A program made the translations under genes and the position numbers. From NCBI GenBank assembly GCA_965248925.1, contig CBDFLE010000006.1, forward strand, positions 3,136,001 through 3,200,000: a DNA stretch of 64,000 nt. Direction: 5' to 3'. The stretch's first letter is position 1, and every line of letters starts with the position of its first letter. The DNA comes from Candidatus Multivoradales bacterium (lineage in GTDB: Bacteria; Acidobacteriota; Thermoanaerobaculia; Multivoradales; J023). The notes beneath the pieces are model-generated. The model was not told the DNA's origin, made no database searches, and saw only the letters and a program-made list of their open reading frames with translations. This document shows positions 1-10,708 of the stretch, piece by piece.

Positions 1-2
1 AT

Positions 3-1238
3 TGGCGGGTGGCGGGGGATCGGGTGCTGGTGACTTCCAACGCCGGCATCAACCTGTTTGTCGGTAACCACCCGGATAGCGATGGCTACACCCCCAATGT
101 CGCGGAGTTGGTGCAGATCACCGGTTTGGAGAGCTGGGAGTCGTTCGATCATCCGCGGCTGGCGCGCGCGGTGGAGGCTGCCGCGGGCCATTCGCTGAGT
201 GATTCCGAAGTCTCCACCTTCTTCGTCCGCCGGCTGGGTCAGCGGCTGCGGCAGGACGCTTCCCACCTACCGCGATTGTGGTTGCGCAAGCTGGCACTGT
301 TTTGGGGACCGGCAGAGGTGTCGAACAACAAAGTGCTCGAGGTCGAGCGCCGTTACTCGCGGGTACTGCGCTCGACTCCGGGTTTCGCCCTCCTGTTGAG
401 CCTGGCGGTCTTGGGGCTGGCGGTGAGCTGGCGACGGCGACCTGAAGCCGGCGCGGCGCAGGCTGAAACGCGGGCGGTAACGCTATTGCTGCTCAGCACC
501 GTGGCGGTGCTTTGCGCCAGCTATTTGCCGTTCTTTGTCGCTGCGCGTTTTCGCTTGGTGGTGGTGCCGGTGTTGGCGGTTTTCGCTGGCTGCGGGCTGG
601 CTTGGATGGGGCGGCAGCTGTTGTCTTGGCAGCCGCGCAAATTGCTTCCCGCCGGATTGGCATTGGCCGGCTTGTACTGGCTCGCCGCAACTCCCTGGGT
701 GCCCTATTCGCCGGACGAAGGCCGTTGGCATTTCCGGCGAGCCTTGTTGTATAGCAGTCGGGGAGAGCTGGTGGATGCCCTGAGCGAGGCCGAGCAGGCG
801 GTCGGGGCAGATCCGCGGGCGGCTGAAGCGCAGCTATTGCAGGCCGAGCTGCTGGTCGGAAGCGAGCGGCTCGATGAGGCGGGCCAGGCGTATTCACGGC
901 TGTTAGAGCTGCGCCCTGAATCGGTCGATGCACGGGCCGGCCTGGCTACCGTGCTGGCCCGGCAAGGTGATTTGGCGGCGGCGATCGATCATTGGCGGGC
1001 GGTGCTGCAAGTGCAGCCAAATCGCTTGCCGGTACTCAACAATCTGGCCTTGACCCTGGCCACGACCGACGATCCCGCTTTGCGCGACCCGGCGCGGGCG
1101 GTGCTGTTGGCTGAACGCGCCAACCGCCTCAGTGGAGGAGGTCATCTGGCGCTGCGGCGCACCTTGGAACTGGCCTACCGCGCCGCAGGACGGGATGACG
1201 AGGCGGCGGCGGTGGCCATCTTGCCGCCTGGCGAGTAG
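3..1238 (+). CDS. Membrane glycosyltransferase-like (GT-C/GT39-type) protein with C-terminal TPR repeats; 5' end lies outside the window
   Basis: Frame is open from the window edge. Motifs 'TSNAGINLFVGNHP' and 'FFVAARFRL', several TM helices, then TPRs and a 'NNLALTLAT..DPALRDPARAVLLAERA' tail. Confidence 0.65.
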   Translation, partial: WRVAGDRVLVTSNAGINLFVGNHPDSDGYTPNVAELVQITGLESWESFDHPRLARAVEAAAGHSLSDSEVSTFFVRRLGQRLRQDASHLPRLWLRKLALFWGPAEVSNNKVLEVERRYSRVLRSTPGFALLLSLAVLGLAVSWRRRPEAGAAQAETRAVTLLLLSTVAVLCASYLPFFVAARFRLVVVPVLAVFAGCGLAWMGRQLLSWQPRKLLPAGLALAGLYWLAATPWVPYSPDEGRWHFRRALLYSSRGELVDALSEAEQAVGADPRAAEAQLLQAELLVGSERLDEAGQAYSRLLELRPESVDARAGLATVLARQGDLAAAIDHWRAVLQVQPNRLPVLNNLALTLATTDDPALRDPARAVLLAERANRLSGGGHLALRRTLELAYRAAGRDDEAAAVAILPPGE

Positions 1239-1368
1239 CGGCGCCTGTGTTAAAGTTCGCAGCTCTTGAGGCGACGTTTCCTTTCTGATCAACAAGGCCA
1301 GCGACGGCACTTGCAACGAATCAACACGCTACGCATTTTCACGCGCCGTCACGGCGGCCGATTCGGGA

Positions 1369-3534
1369 GTGGGCACCGTGCCAACCAATACCGCGCCAAT
1401 CACAGCTGAGCAGGATCAGGAGCGCACTTTGCGCCCACCGCGGGCCAAAGTCGAGGTCAAAGCTACCGAGATTCACGGTGATCGCTTGAGTGACGACTAC
1501 TTCTGGCTGCGCCAACGAAACGATGCCGAGGTACTGGCATACCTGCAAGCGGAGAACGCCTACACCGAGCAGATGACGGGCCACACCGAGGAGCTACGCC
1601 AGAGGCTCTACGTGGAACTGGTGGGCCGGATCGAGGAAACCGACCTGTCGGTGCCCTGGTGCAAGGGCGATTACTTCTACTATTCGCGCACCGAGGAAGG
1701 CCGGCAGTATCCCATCCACTGCCGCAAGCGGGGTGGGCTGGAGGCCGACGAAGAGATCATCCTCGATGTCAATCAGTTGGCCGAAGGGCACGAGTTCTTT
1801 CGCGTCGGCAGCGTCGCGGTCAGTCCTGATCACCGCTTGTTGGCTTATGCGACAGACACCAAGGGTACCGAGCACTTCACCCTGGTGGTCAAGCGGTTGG
1901 CCGATGGCAAGCTGCTGTCTGATCGGGTGGAGAATGTCTATTACTCGCTCGAATGGGGCAACGACAACCGCACCCTCTTCTACACCACTCTCGATCACGC
2001 TCGCCGGCCTTATAAGGTGTTTCGTCATGTTCTCGGCACCGCGGCGACGGCGGATGTCGAGCTTTTCCACGAAGCCGATGCCGCTTTCACCGTCGGTTTG
2101 GGTAAGGCACGCAGCGACAAATATCTGCTGCTGGCCGCCGGCAGCTCGACCACCAGCGAATACCACATCCTTGATGCTGATCAGCCGATGGGCGACTTCG
2201 AGGTCTTCCAGCCGCGTCGCCACGAGGTTCGCTACAGCCTGGAACACCATGTCGGGGTGGCTGGCGAGAGCGAGGGCTTCTACGTCCGCACCAACGACGG
2301 GGCGAAGAACTTCCGCCTCCTATGGGCGCCGGTCGGGAGCCGTGATCGAGCGAGCTGGAGCGAAGTGATCGCCCACCGCGAGCACGTCAAGTTGGAGGCG
2401 GTGAGCGCTTTTCGCCAGTATCTGGTGCTCACCGAGCGCCATGCCGGGTTGCGCCGGCTGCGGGTTCGCCACCTGGCTAGTGGTGAGGATCATCAGATCG
2501 AGCTGCCCGAAAGCGTCTCGACGGTGTGGCCGAGCTTCAATCCGGAGTTCGATACCGATCAGCTGCGTTTCACCTACATGTCGATGGTGACGCCGCGTTC
2601 GGTCTACGACTACGACCTAGGCCAGCGCAGCCGGCGGTTGCTCAAGCGTCAGCAAGTGCCGAGCGGCTACGATTCTTCGCTTTACACCACTGAACGGATC
2701 TACGCTCGGGCCGAGGACGGTTTGGCGGTGCCGATCAGCTTGGTTTATCGCCGCGACCTGGTGCGCAATGGCTCCCATCCGGCTTTGCTCTACGGCTACG
2801 GCTCCTATGGTTCAGGTATCGATCCCTACTTTTCGTCCAATCGGCTCAGCCTGTTGGATCGCGGTTGGGTGTATGCCGTCGCCCATGTGCGCGGCGGTGG
2901 CGTGTTGGGAGAACGTTGGCACGATGACGGCAAAATGCTCAACAAGCGCAACACCTTCAGCGACTTCATCGCCGCCGCCGAGTTGCTGCTCGACCAGCGC
3001 TACACTTCGACTGACCGCTTGGCGATCCAGGGGGGTAGCGCCGGCGGCTTGTTGATGGGCGCGGTGGTCAACATGCGTCCTGACCTGTTCGCGGCGGTGA
3101 TCGCCGACGTCCCCTTCGTCGACGTGATCAACACCATGCTCGACTCCGACATCCCGCTCACCGTCGGTGAGTTCGAAGAGTGGGGCAACCCGGCCGAGAG
3201 TGTCGAGCACTATCGCTACATGAAGTCCTATTCGCCCTACGACAACGTTGTTCCCCAGGACTACCCGCCGATGCTGATCACCGCCGGGTTGAACGATTCA
3301 CGGGTGCAGTATTGGGAACCCGCCAAGTGGACCGCCAAGCTTCGGGCCACCAAGACCGACGTCAATCTCCTGCTGCTGAAAACCAACATGGGCGCCGGCC
3401 ACAGCGGCGCCTCGGGACGCTACGATTCCCTGCGCGAGATAGCCTTCGACTACGCCTTCCTGGTCGACACCATCGATCAGAGCATGGCTAGTAGCGATTG
3501 CGTTGACGCTGAAGCATCCACCGCCGAGTCCTGA
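1369..3534 (+). CDS. ptrB: Oligopeptidase B (peptidase S9A)
   Basis: N-terminal 'DDYFWLR', beta-propeller region, nucleophile GGSAGG, 'DSRVQYWEPAKW' (Asp) and 'GAGHSGASGRY' (His). Confidence 0.93.
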   Translation: MGTVPTNTAPITAEQDQERTLRPPRAKVEVKATEIHGDRLSDDYFWLRQRNDAEVLAYLQAENAYTEQMTGHTEELRQRLYVELVGRIEETDLSVPWCKGDYFYYSRTEEGRQYPIHCRKRGGLEADEEIILDVNQLAEGHEFFRVGSVAVSPDHRLLAYATDTKGTEHFTLVVKRLADGKLLSDRVENVYYSLEWGNDNRTLFYTTLDHARRPYKVFRHVLGTAATADVELFHEADAAFTVGLGKARSDKYLLLAAGSSTTSEYHILDADQPMGDFEVFQPRRHEVRYSLEHHVGVAGESEGFYVRTNDGAKNFRLLWAPVGSRDRASWSEVIAHREHVKLEAVSAFRQYLVLTERHAGLRRLRVRHLASGEDHQIELPESVSTVWPSFNPEFDTDQLRFTYMSMVTPRSVYDYDLGQRSRRLLKRQQVPSGYDSSLYTTERIYARAEDGLAVPISLVYRRDLVRNGSHPALLYGYGSYGSGIDPYFSSNRLSLLDRGWVYAVAHVRGGGVLGERWHDDGKMLNKRNTFSDFIAAAELLLDQRYTSTDRLAIQGGSAGGLLMGAVVNMRPDLFAAVIADVPFVDVINTMLDSDIPLTVGEFEEWGNPAESVEHYRYMKSYSPYDNVVPQDYPPMLITAGLNDSRVQYWEPAKWTAKLRATKTDVNLLLLKTNMGAGHSGASGRYDSLREIAFDYAFLVDTIDQSMASSDCVDAEASTAES

Positions 3535-3570
3535 GAACGGGCGGGGATAGGGGTTCGGAGAGCTTGCCAC

Positions 3571-5562
3571 TCAGGGTCTCATCACCACCGCTTCGCGGTG
3601 TTCGTAGCGCTGCAAATTGATCGACAGCTTTCTGGCGGTGCTCTGATCGCCGGCTCGTACTGCGTTCATCGCCAGGGAGCGCTGCCACTTGATGGCGGCT
3701 TCGAATTGGCCGGCGGCGGCCAGGGCCATGGCGACGGTTTCGGCGTGGTCGAGGTTGTTTTGCAGGGCGAAGGCGCGCTGGGCTCGGGGCAGGGCGGCGG
3801 CGCCGTCGCGGACCGCCGGGTCTGAAGCGGTGGCTTGCAATCTGGCCAGAGTATGAAGCAGCTGCGAATCGTCGGGATGCTCTGCAGTGGCGGCCAGCAA
3901 GCGGTCGCGAGCGGTTTGTTGCTCGCCTTCAAGAATCCACAGGGAGGCCTCGGACAGCCAGGCGGTGGCGTTGCTCGGATCGAGTTCTACCGCCTTGGCG
4001 AAGAGCCGCAGGGCCTCACGGTTTTGCTCCGCGAGTTGTAGGGCGTTGGCCAGCTGGGTGTGGGCGAAGGACGATTCGGGGGCCAGTTCGGCGGCGCTGC
4101 GGTAGTGGCCCAAGGCTTCGTCGCGGCGGCCGATCTGCCAGGCCAGCTTGGCCAGGGCGTCGAGATTCTGGGAGCGTTCCAAGGCGCTCAAGCCGGCCGT
4201 TGGCGCCTGCAACAGAATGGTGTAGGCGCGACGGCGGCGGCCGGTTTCGGACAACACGGTCACCAGACCCTGGCGGGCGGTGCGGTTGCTCGGATCTTCG
4301 GCCAGCAGGGCTAGGAGTTCAAGGTTGGCACGGTCGCTGTTGCCGGTTCTAAAACGCGCCATCGCTGCCAAATAGCGGGCTCGCGGTTCTTCGGGATCTA
4401 GTTCCAGAGCTCGTTCGAGGGCTTCGAGCGCCTCTGGCCAGCGTTCTAGCGAGGCCAAGGTGTTGGCCAAGTTGAAGTGGGCTTGCAGCATTTCCGGGGC
4501 CTGCTCGGCGGCGCTGCTGAAAGCGGCCACGGCGAGTTCGGGCTGCTTGTTCTGCAGCTGGGCGTTGCCGAGGTCGAGGTGCAGCCAGGCGTTGTCGGGA
4601 TGTCGTTCCACCGCCTCGCGCAGTTCACTGACGGCTTCTCCGGCGCGGTTGGCGCGGAGCAGAGCCAAGGCCAGGTTGCGCCGGCTTTCGCTGTAGTCGG
4701 GATTGGCGCTGACCGCGGCATGGAAGGTTTCGATGGCTTCCTCCAGTCGACCCGCTATCAGCGCCCGGTTGCCACGTCGCATCAATGCACCGGAGCTTCT
4801 GGCAAGTTTTTCGAGCCGCTGGCGCAGCGGGTCGGGAAAGGCGACTTCGCCGCCCGAGGGCTGGGCGAGCAACGCTGCCGCGTCTTCGATGCGACCGAGC
4901 TGGCGATAGGCCAAGGCCAGAGGATGGCGCACCGCGATGGCATCGGGATCGCTGGCGAGAGCACTTTCGAAGTGAGTGACGGCGATTTCCGGATCGCCTT
5001 GCTCGGCCAGGACTCTGCCAAGACCGTAGGCTGCTGCCGCGGCGTGTTCCACTTGTTTGGCCAAGGATGCAAAGGAGGCTTCGGCATCCTCTAACTGACC
5101 GAGGCCGAGCTGCGAGTTGGCCAGGCGCAGGCGCGCCGCCGGGTTCTCAGGCCGCAGTTCGAGCGCGCGGTGCAGGTGCTCGCTGGCGGCGGCTAGATTC
5201 CCTCTAGACTGTTCCAACAAGCCTTGAAAGTAGGGCCAGCGAAAGCTCTCCGGGTCGAGCTGTTCGGCGTTGCCGTAGCAGCCAGCGGCGGCGTCGAGTA
5301 ACTCGTAGGTATGGTACAGCTCGCCCAAGCCGCCGAAGGCGTCGGCGAGGGCGCGGTCATCGCTTCTGCCGCGGGCTTTTTCGAGCTGCTGACGCTGCGC
5401 CTCCAGCTGTTGGCGGGCGACGGCTTCGACGGCGCCCAGGTCGGGATGGTTGACTTGGCCGAGGTTCGGGCGCTCGGGCGTGCCGCCGCAAGCCGCCAGC
5501 AAGCAGCAGCCAAGCACCAGAGCGATTGAGATTCGGGCTGAGATTCGATCCGCTCGAGTCAT
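3571..5562 (-). CDS. TPR-repeat lipoprotein
   Basis: Start moved to ATG 5562, which overlaps the upstream stop (ATGA). Lipobox-like 'LLAACGG', then many TPRs. Confidence 0.8.
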   Translation of the reverse strand: MTRADRISARISIALVLGCCLLAACGGTPERPNLGQVNHPDLGAVEAVARQQLEAQRQQLEKARGRSDDRALADAFGGLGELYHTYELLDAAAGCYGNAEQLDPESFRWPYFQGLLEQSRGNLAAASEHLHRALELRPENPAARLRLANSQLGLGQLEDAEASFASLAKQVEHAAAAAYGLGRVLAEQGDPEIAVTHFESALASDPDAIAVRHPLALAYRQLGRIEDAAALLAQPSGGEVAFPDPLRQRLEKLARSSGALMRRGNRALIAGRLEEAIETFHAAVSANPDYSESRRNLALALLRANRAGEAVSELREAVERHPDNAWLHLDLGNAQLQNKQPELAVAAFSSAAEQAPEMLQAHFNLANTLASLERWPEALEALERALELDPEEPRARYLAAMARFRTGNSDRANLELLALLAEDPSNRTARQGLVTVLSETGRRRRAYTILLQAPTAGLSALERSQNLDALAKLAWQIGRRDEALGHYRSAAELAPESSFAHTQLANALQLAEQNREALRLFAKAVELDPSNATAWLSEASLWILEGEQQTARDRLLAATAEHPDDSQLLHTLARLQATASDPAVRDGAAALPRAQRAFALQNNLDHAETVAMALAAAGQFEAAIKWQRSLAMNAVRAGDQSTARKLSINLQRYEHREAVVMRP

Positions 5563-7379
5563 TGTTCTACCTCGGAGCCTTGGCCTTGGCGCAACAGGTA
5601 GTAGGCGCCTGGGGACAGCCGGGCAAAGGTCTCGCGTTGGCCGCCGGTCCATTCCACCGTCACCGTCACCGGGGCGGTGGAGCCGCCGAGGCCAAAGAGC
5701 AGCCGCGGATCGCTCGACGAGGCGTAACTGCTCTGGCTGCCGGCCCGGCGCCAGAGCACCAAACCATCGGTCCGCTCGAGCCTGGCGCGAGCACCCAGCG
5801 CGTCGCGCTTAGCGCTGCGCAAGCGCACACCTAGCCAGCTCGCATCCTGGCCTACTCGGTTGCGCAGCAGCCGCACCGGGCCGCTGTTCTGGGTGACCAC
5901 CACGTCGGTGTCGCCGTCGTTGTCGAGATCGCCGAAGGCGGCGCCACGGCTGACCTCGGAAAGGGCAAAGACCGCTCCGGCCCGCTGGGTGACCTCGGCG
6001 AAGCTGCCGTCAGCTAGATTGTGGAACAGCTGGTTGGTTTGGTGCAGCGGCAGCGGGTCGCCGGCCAGGGCGAGTTCCTTGATCACTTTGACGGCGCCGT
6101 GAACCACCAGCAGGTCGAGCCAGCCGTCGTTGTCGTAGTCGAAGAAAGCGGTGCCAAAACCGGTGAAGGACCACGACGGTTGGCCCAGCCCGCTGCGGCT
6201 GGAGTGGTCGGCGAAAGCGCCCTTGCCGTCGTTGCGGTAGAGGGTGTGGGTTTCTCGGCTCAAGTGCGACAAGAAAAGGTCTTCATCGCCATCGTTGTCG
6301 ATGTCGGCGGCGGCGACTCCCATCGAAGCCTCGGCGTGGCCTTGGCCGTTGACCGCCGTGCCGGCGAGCAGGGCGCGGTCTTCGAAGCTGCCGTCGCCGC
6401 GGTTGTGCCACAGCTGATTGGGCAGGCCGTCGTTGGCGACATAGAGATCGAGCAGGCCGTCACCGTCGAAATCAGCGGCACTGGCCCCCAGCGCGCCACC
6501 GAAGGCTCGGCGCAGCCCGGCGCTGGAAGACACATCTTCGAAGCTGCCATCGCCGCGATTGTGCAGCAGACGGTCGGCCAGTGGTGGGTAGGCCAGCGGA
6601 CCGCAGTAGTTGCGCTGGCCTAGCTCGTCGATACAAGGTTTGTCGGTGGCGACGGCGTAGCCTAGGTAGTTGCCCAAGAAAAGGTCGAGCCAGCCGTCGC
6701 CGTCGTAGTCGAAGGCTAACGCCGGCACCGTCCAATGTCGGTCGCCCGTGCCGCTTCTCGCGGTGCGATCTTCAAAGGTACCGTCGCCACGGTTGTGCCA
6801 CAGCTGGTTCGGGCCGACGTTGGTGACGTAGAGATCCACCCACCCGTCGTTGTCGAAATCGGCGGCCACGGTGCCCATGCCATAGCCAGTAGAGCTGCTC
6901 AAGCCACTCTGCTGGGTGATGTTGACGAAGCGCAGCTCGCCGCCTTCGGCAGTGTCGTTGCGCCATAGCTGGTCGGACAGTGAATTTGGCTGCGCCGGCG
7001 GGAAGACGGCATCGGCCAGGGTCTTGCCCCTCTCTTCGCCGAGCAGATTGCCCTGCACCAGATAGAGGTCGAGATCACCGTCGTTGTCGTAGTCCAGCAA
7101 GGCGGCGCCGGCACCCATCATCTCGGCATAGTAGAAGTCGCCGCTCATGCCGTTGAAATGGATGAAGTCGAGGCCGGATTCACTGGCCATGTCGTCGAAG
7201 AGAGCCGCTGGATCAGTGTTCTCGGAGTTGGTGGCGTCGCTCGCCACCCGAGTGCCAGGGCTGGCAGTGCCCGGTGTGGCCGGGGAGTTCGAATCGCAAG
7301 CCACCGAACCCACGGTACAGATCACGATCGCTAGTGCCACAGCGGCGAGCGGGGATATTGGCAGTCGGCGTCGAAACAT
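5559..7379 (-). CDS. CRTAC1-family protein (FG-GAP/VCBS repeats plus ASPIC/UnbV domain), exported
   Basis: Repeated DxDxDGxxDL motifs, 'VSRGAAFGDLDNDGD', C-terminal 'ALGARARL...SYASSSDPRLLFGLG', and an N-terminal signal/lipobox ('SVAC'). Confidence 0.9.
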   Translation of the reverse strand: MFRRRLPISPLAAVALAIVICTVGSVACDSNSPATPGTASPGTRVASDATNSENTDPAALFDDMASESGLDFIHFNGMSGDFYYAEMMGAGAALLDYDNDGDLDLYLVQGNLLGEERGKTLADAVFPPAQPNSLSDQLWRNDTAEGGELRFVNITQQSGLSSSTGYGMGTVAADFDNDGWVDLYVTNVGPNQLWHNRGDGTFEDRTARSGTGDRHWTVPALAFDYDGDGWLDLFLGNYLGYAVATDKPCIDELGQRNYCGPLAYPPLADRLLHNRGDGSFEDVSSSAGLRRAFGGALGASAADFDGDGLLDLYVANDGLPNQLWHNRGDGSFEDRALLAGTAVNGQGHAEASMGVAAADIDNDGDEDLFLSHLSRETHTLYRNDGKGAFADHSSRSGLGQPSWSFTGFGTAFFDYDNDGWLDLLVVHGAVKVIKELALAGDPLPLHQTNQLFHNLADGSFAEVTQRAGAVFALSEVSRGAAFGDLDNDGDTDVVVTQNSGPVRLLRNRVGQDASWLGVRLRSAKRDALGARARLERTDGLVLWRRAGSQSSYASSSDPRLLFGLGGSTAPVTVTVEWTGGQRETFARLSPGAYYLLRQGQGSEVEQ

Positions 7380-7616
7380 GTTCTAAGAGTTCGCGGGAAG
7401 ATTCGCAGCGGGGCAGCGAGCAGCGCGAACTTTAACATGGGATCGCGCGCGGCCCCGAGGCCGGGCCCTCGGCCCGTGACAACTCTCTTACAAACTCTGT
7501 GGCCTCGCCGTCCGTCTAAATCTTCAGCAGCACAACTTCATGGGCGGTGGCGGATTGCCGGGCCCAGGAGTCGACTGCGCAAGTTCAACACAGTTAGTTT
7601 TCTCGGAGGCACGGGT

Positions 7617-9899
7617 TTGTCCTTGGCTAGCGGTGTCTTTTTTCAAAGTTGCAGGCAGCTTGTTTGGGTGGGCGGTTTTGCCGTTTCCGTGGGTGTGCTG
7701 CTAGCGGTCTGCGCGCCAGCGCTGGCTGCCAGCTTGCCGCCAGGGCCGCACTACTCGGTGCCCAGGTCGTCGGGGGAGATCACGATCGACGGACAGCTCG
7801 ATGATGCCGCCTGGGGCCAGGCCGTGGTGGTCGAACTCGACTACAAGACCCAGCCGGGCGAGAACATCAAGCCGCCGCAGCGAACTTCGGTGCTGTTGAC
7901 CTACGACAGCACACGGTTCTATGTTGCCTTCAAGGCGTTCGATAGCGATCCGGCACAGATTCGTGCCCATCTCAGCGATCGTGATCAAGCCTGGCGGGAC
8001 GATTGGGTTGGTATCGTGCTGGACAGTTTCAACGATGGACGTCTGGGCTTCGAGTTCTTTGTCAGTCCCTTAGGCGTGCAGATGGACCTGTTCTACGACG
8101 ACGTCAACGGAAACGAGGACGCCGCCTGGGATGCGATCTGGGATTCCGCTGGCAGAATCACCGCAGAGGGCTACGTGGTGGGGATCGGCATCCCCTTCTC
8201 ATCGATTAACTTTCCCCCGGCCAGCGGTGAGCAGACCTGGGGATTCCAGGCCATCCGCTCATATCCGCGTAGCGAGTCCCACCGCTTTCGCAGCGAGCCG
8301 CAGGATCGCGACCGCAGCTTCTACATCTGTCAGTTCTCCAAGATGACCGGTTTCGCGGATGCCAGTCCGGGGCGCAATCTGGAAATCGTACCGACCCTCA
8401 CCGCCGGCCGTTCCGACAGCCGCGACACGGCGAGTGGGTGGCCCCTTCGAAGAAGGCGACTACGATACCGATCCTGGACTGACGGTGAGCTGGGGAGTGA
8501 CTCCCAACCTCACTCTTAGCGGCACCCTCAATCCCGATTTCTCCCAGATCGAAGCCGACTCGGCTCGACTCGAGGTCAACAATCAATTCGCCCTCTTTTT
8601 TCCCGAGAAGCGCCCCTACTTTCTCGAAGGAGCGGACATCTTTAGTTCGCCGATCAATGTGGTGCACTCGCGGGTGGTGGCCGATCCGAGTTGGGGGCTG
8701 AAGCTCACCGGCAAGCAGGGCAAGCATGGGTTGGGGGTGATGGTGACTCGCGACTCCTTGACCAACTTCTTGATCCCGGCAGTCAGGGCTCGTCGTTGGG
8801 GTCGGTCGCTACCCCTTCAACCTACGCCGTCCTGCGCTACCGCCGCGATCTGGGCGAGAGTTCGTCGATCGGTGCCTTGGTTACCGCGCGTGAGGGCGCA
8901 GACGGCTACTACAACCGAGTGGCCGGTATCGATGGCTTGTGGCGGGCGACCGACTCGGATTCGTTCACCTTCCAGGCTTTGACCTCCCAGACCCGGTATT
9001 CAGTGGCGATTGCCGAGGAGTTTGACCAGTCGCGGCAGCAGCTTGACGACCTCGCCTATCGTCTCGGTTATCGCCACGGTAGCCGCAATTGGTTCGCCTA
9101 TCTGAGCCATGCGGATACTGGCGTCGACTTTCGCGCCGATCTGGGGTTCTTGCCGCAAGTGGGCCAGCGCAAGTCGGTCGCCGGGTTGGAGCGCATCTTC
9201 TGGCCCGCGGAAGGTCGGCAGACCTGGTGGAGTCGTGCCGAGCTCGGTGGTGACTGCGACGTCACCACCGAGGAGGACGGACCCGAATTGGAGCGCGAAC
9301 TGGAGTTTTGGTTCGAGGTCCAAGGTCCGCAGCAGTCTTCGCTCGGAGGGCGTTGGACCCGGCGCTCGCGTTTCTTCGGCGGCGTAGAGTTCGAGGAGAG
9401 TGTCCGTCAGTTCAATTTTCGCATCAGTCCAAGCGGTGATTTCTCTACCGGTATCTTCGTCCGCAGCGGCGACAACGTCGATTTTGCCGGCACCCGGCCG
9501 GGCGAGCAATTGCGCATCGATCCATGGCTGCGGCTCAATCTCGGACGCCATCTGAGCTTCCGCTTGAGCCATCGGCATGACCAACTCAACATCAATGCCG
9601 GTCGCCTATTCACCGCCGACCTTACCGAGGCGCGGCTGGTTTACCAGTTCAACCGCCGCAGCTTCCTGCGTTTGATCACCCAGAACTTCGACATCGAGCG
9701 CGATCCGCTGCTCTATGCCGAGGAGATCGATGGCGAGCAGCGCGATCTCTTCAATCAGCTGCTGTTCTCCTACAAACTCAATCCCCGCACTGTGCTCTTC
9801 GTTGGCTACTCCGACGCCAATCAGGCCAACGAGCGCCTCGATCTGACCCAGGCCAACCGCGCCGTGTTCATGAAAATCGGCTACGCCTGGGTGCTGTGA
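7617..9899 (+). pseudogene. CBM9-like/DUF5916 outer-membrane protein split by two frameshifts
   Basis: TTG 7617 follows GGAGG and starts a signal peptide. Family motifs ('IDGQLDDAAW', 'LNPDFSQIEAD', 'FFPEKRPYFLEG', terminal 'KIGYAW') are spread over three ORFs. Shifts fall at about 8436-8438 (GGG) and 8775-8777 (CCC). Could be sequencing error. Confidence 0.75.
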
Positions 9900-9998
9900 T
9901 GTATTGGGAAGGTCCTCGTTCCCTGGTCTCCCCCAAGCTCATTTGGATTCGCTGACCCGAACAAGCACCGCCCGCCATCACACGGTCAGAGTCGCGGA

Positions 9999-10247
9999 TT
10001 ATGCGTAGGCAATGGTTGGGATCTTGAGATAGCGATCAGGTTCTTCGTCCTGATGCTGAATGGCGAGGAAGCGCCGCTCGATCTTCTTCAAGACCTTGGC
10101 ATCGTAGAATACCGTGCCGCACGCCTGGCAAATTTCAGCGGGAGTGTTAGGAACCAGCAGGTACTTTCCCCGATGACTGTAAAGGTACTCGACCTTCCGA
10201 GTCTCGAAGTCTTTCGAATCACAAGAAGTGCAACGAGTGTTCGTCAT
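9999..10247 (-). CDS. YgiT-type zinc finger protein (MqsA-like antitoxin)
   Basis: CxxC...'LVPNTPAEICQACG' zinc finger. Start overlaps the end of the upstream DUF4258 gene. Confidence 0.85.
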   Translation of the reverse strand: MTNTRCTSCDSKDFETRKVEYLYSHRGKYLLVPNTPAEICQACGTVFYDAKVLKKIERRFLAIQHQDEEPDRYLKIPTIAYA

Positions 10248-10552
10248 TCTCTAGTACCTCGGGTCCATGGGTCGATGAACTTGGGTGGCGTCGGGATATA
10301 GACCGTGATAATCGCGACTTTCTGTCCAAACCAACCGCAGACTACATGGATGGGTTGTTCGTCGCTCATGCCTACGATCAGGCAACTTTCCCCGCGTCCA
10401 GTGTTGGGATAGGACTCCAGAACCTGACCTGCCAGCAGAGCATCCTCGACCTGCTTGAGAGTGAGGTCGTCCGTCTTCCGCTCCAGATCACCATGGGAAG
10501 TATACACATACTCCTCTGCGCGAATCCGCGCCTTGATCTCTTCGAGATTCAT
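10244..10552 (-). CDS. DUF4258-domain protein (putative toxin of a type II TA pair)
   Basis: 'YTSHG', 'ESYP..GRGESCLIVG', 'PIHVVCG', 'IITVYIP...W'. Paired with the YgiT zinc finger gene; lower GC than its neighbours. Confidence 0.82.
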   Translation of the reverse strand: MNLEEIKARIRAEEYVYTSHGDLERKTDDLTLKQVEDALLAGQVLESYPNTGRGESCLIVGMSDEQPIHVVCGWFGQKVAIITVYIPTPPKFIDPWTRGTRE

Positions 10553-10708
10553 AGAGAGTCCTCTGTGGACAGGGCCACCTCTTGGGCGAATTTTAGCATG
10601 GGAGCGAAATCACCGAACCGCGCTCCCCTTGGTGACCAGAGTCGCGACGCTGATGTGGGTAGCATTTCAACGGCTCGGGTCAGTGACCAGCTGTCATGAA
10701 GTGCCAGC

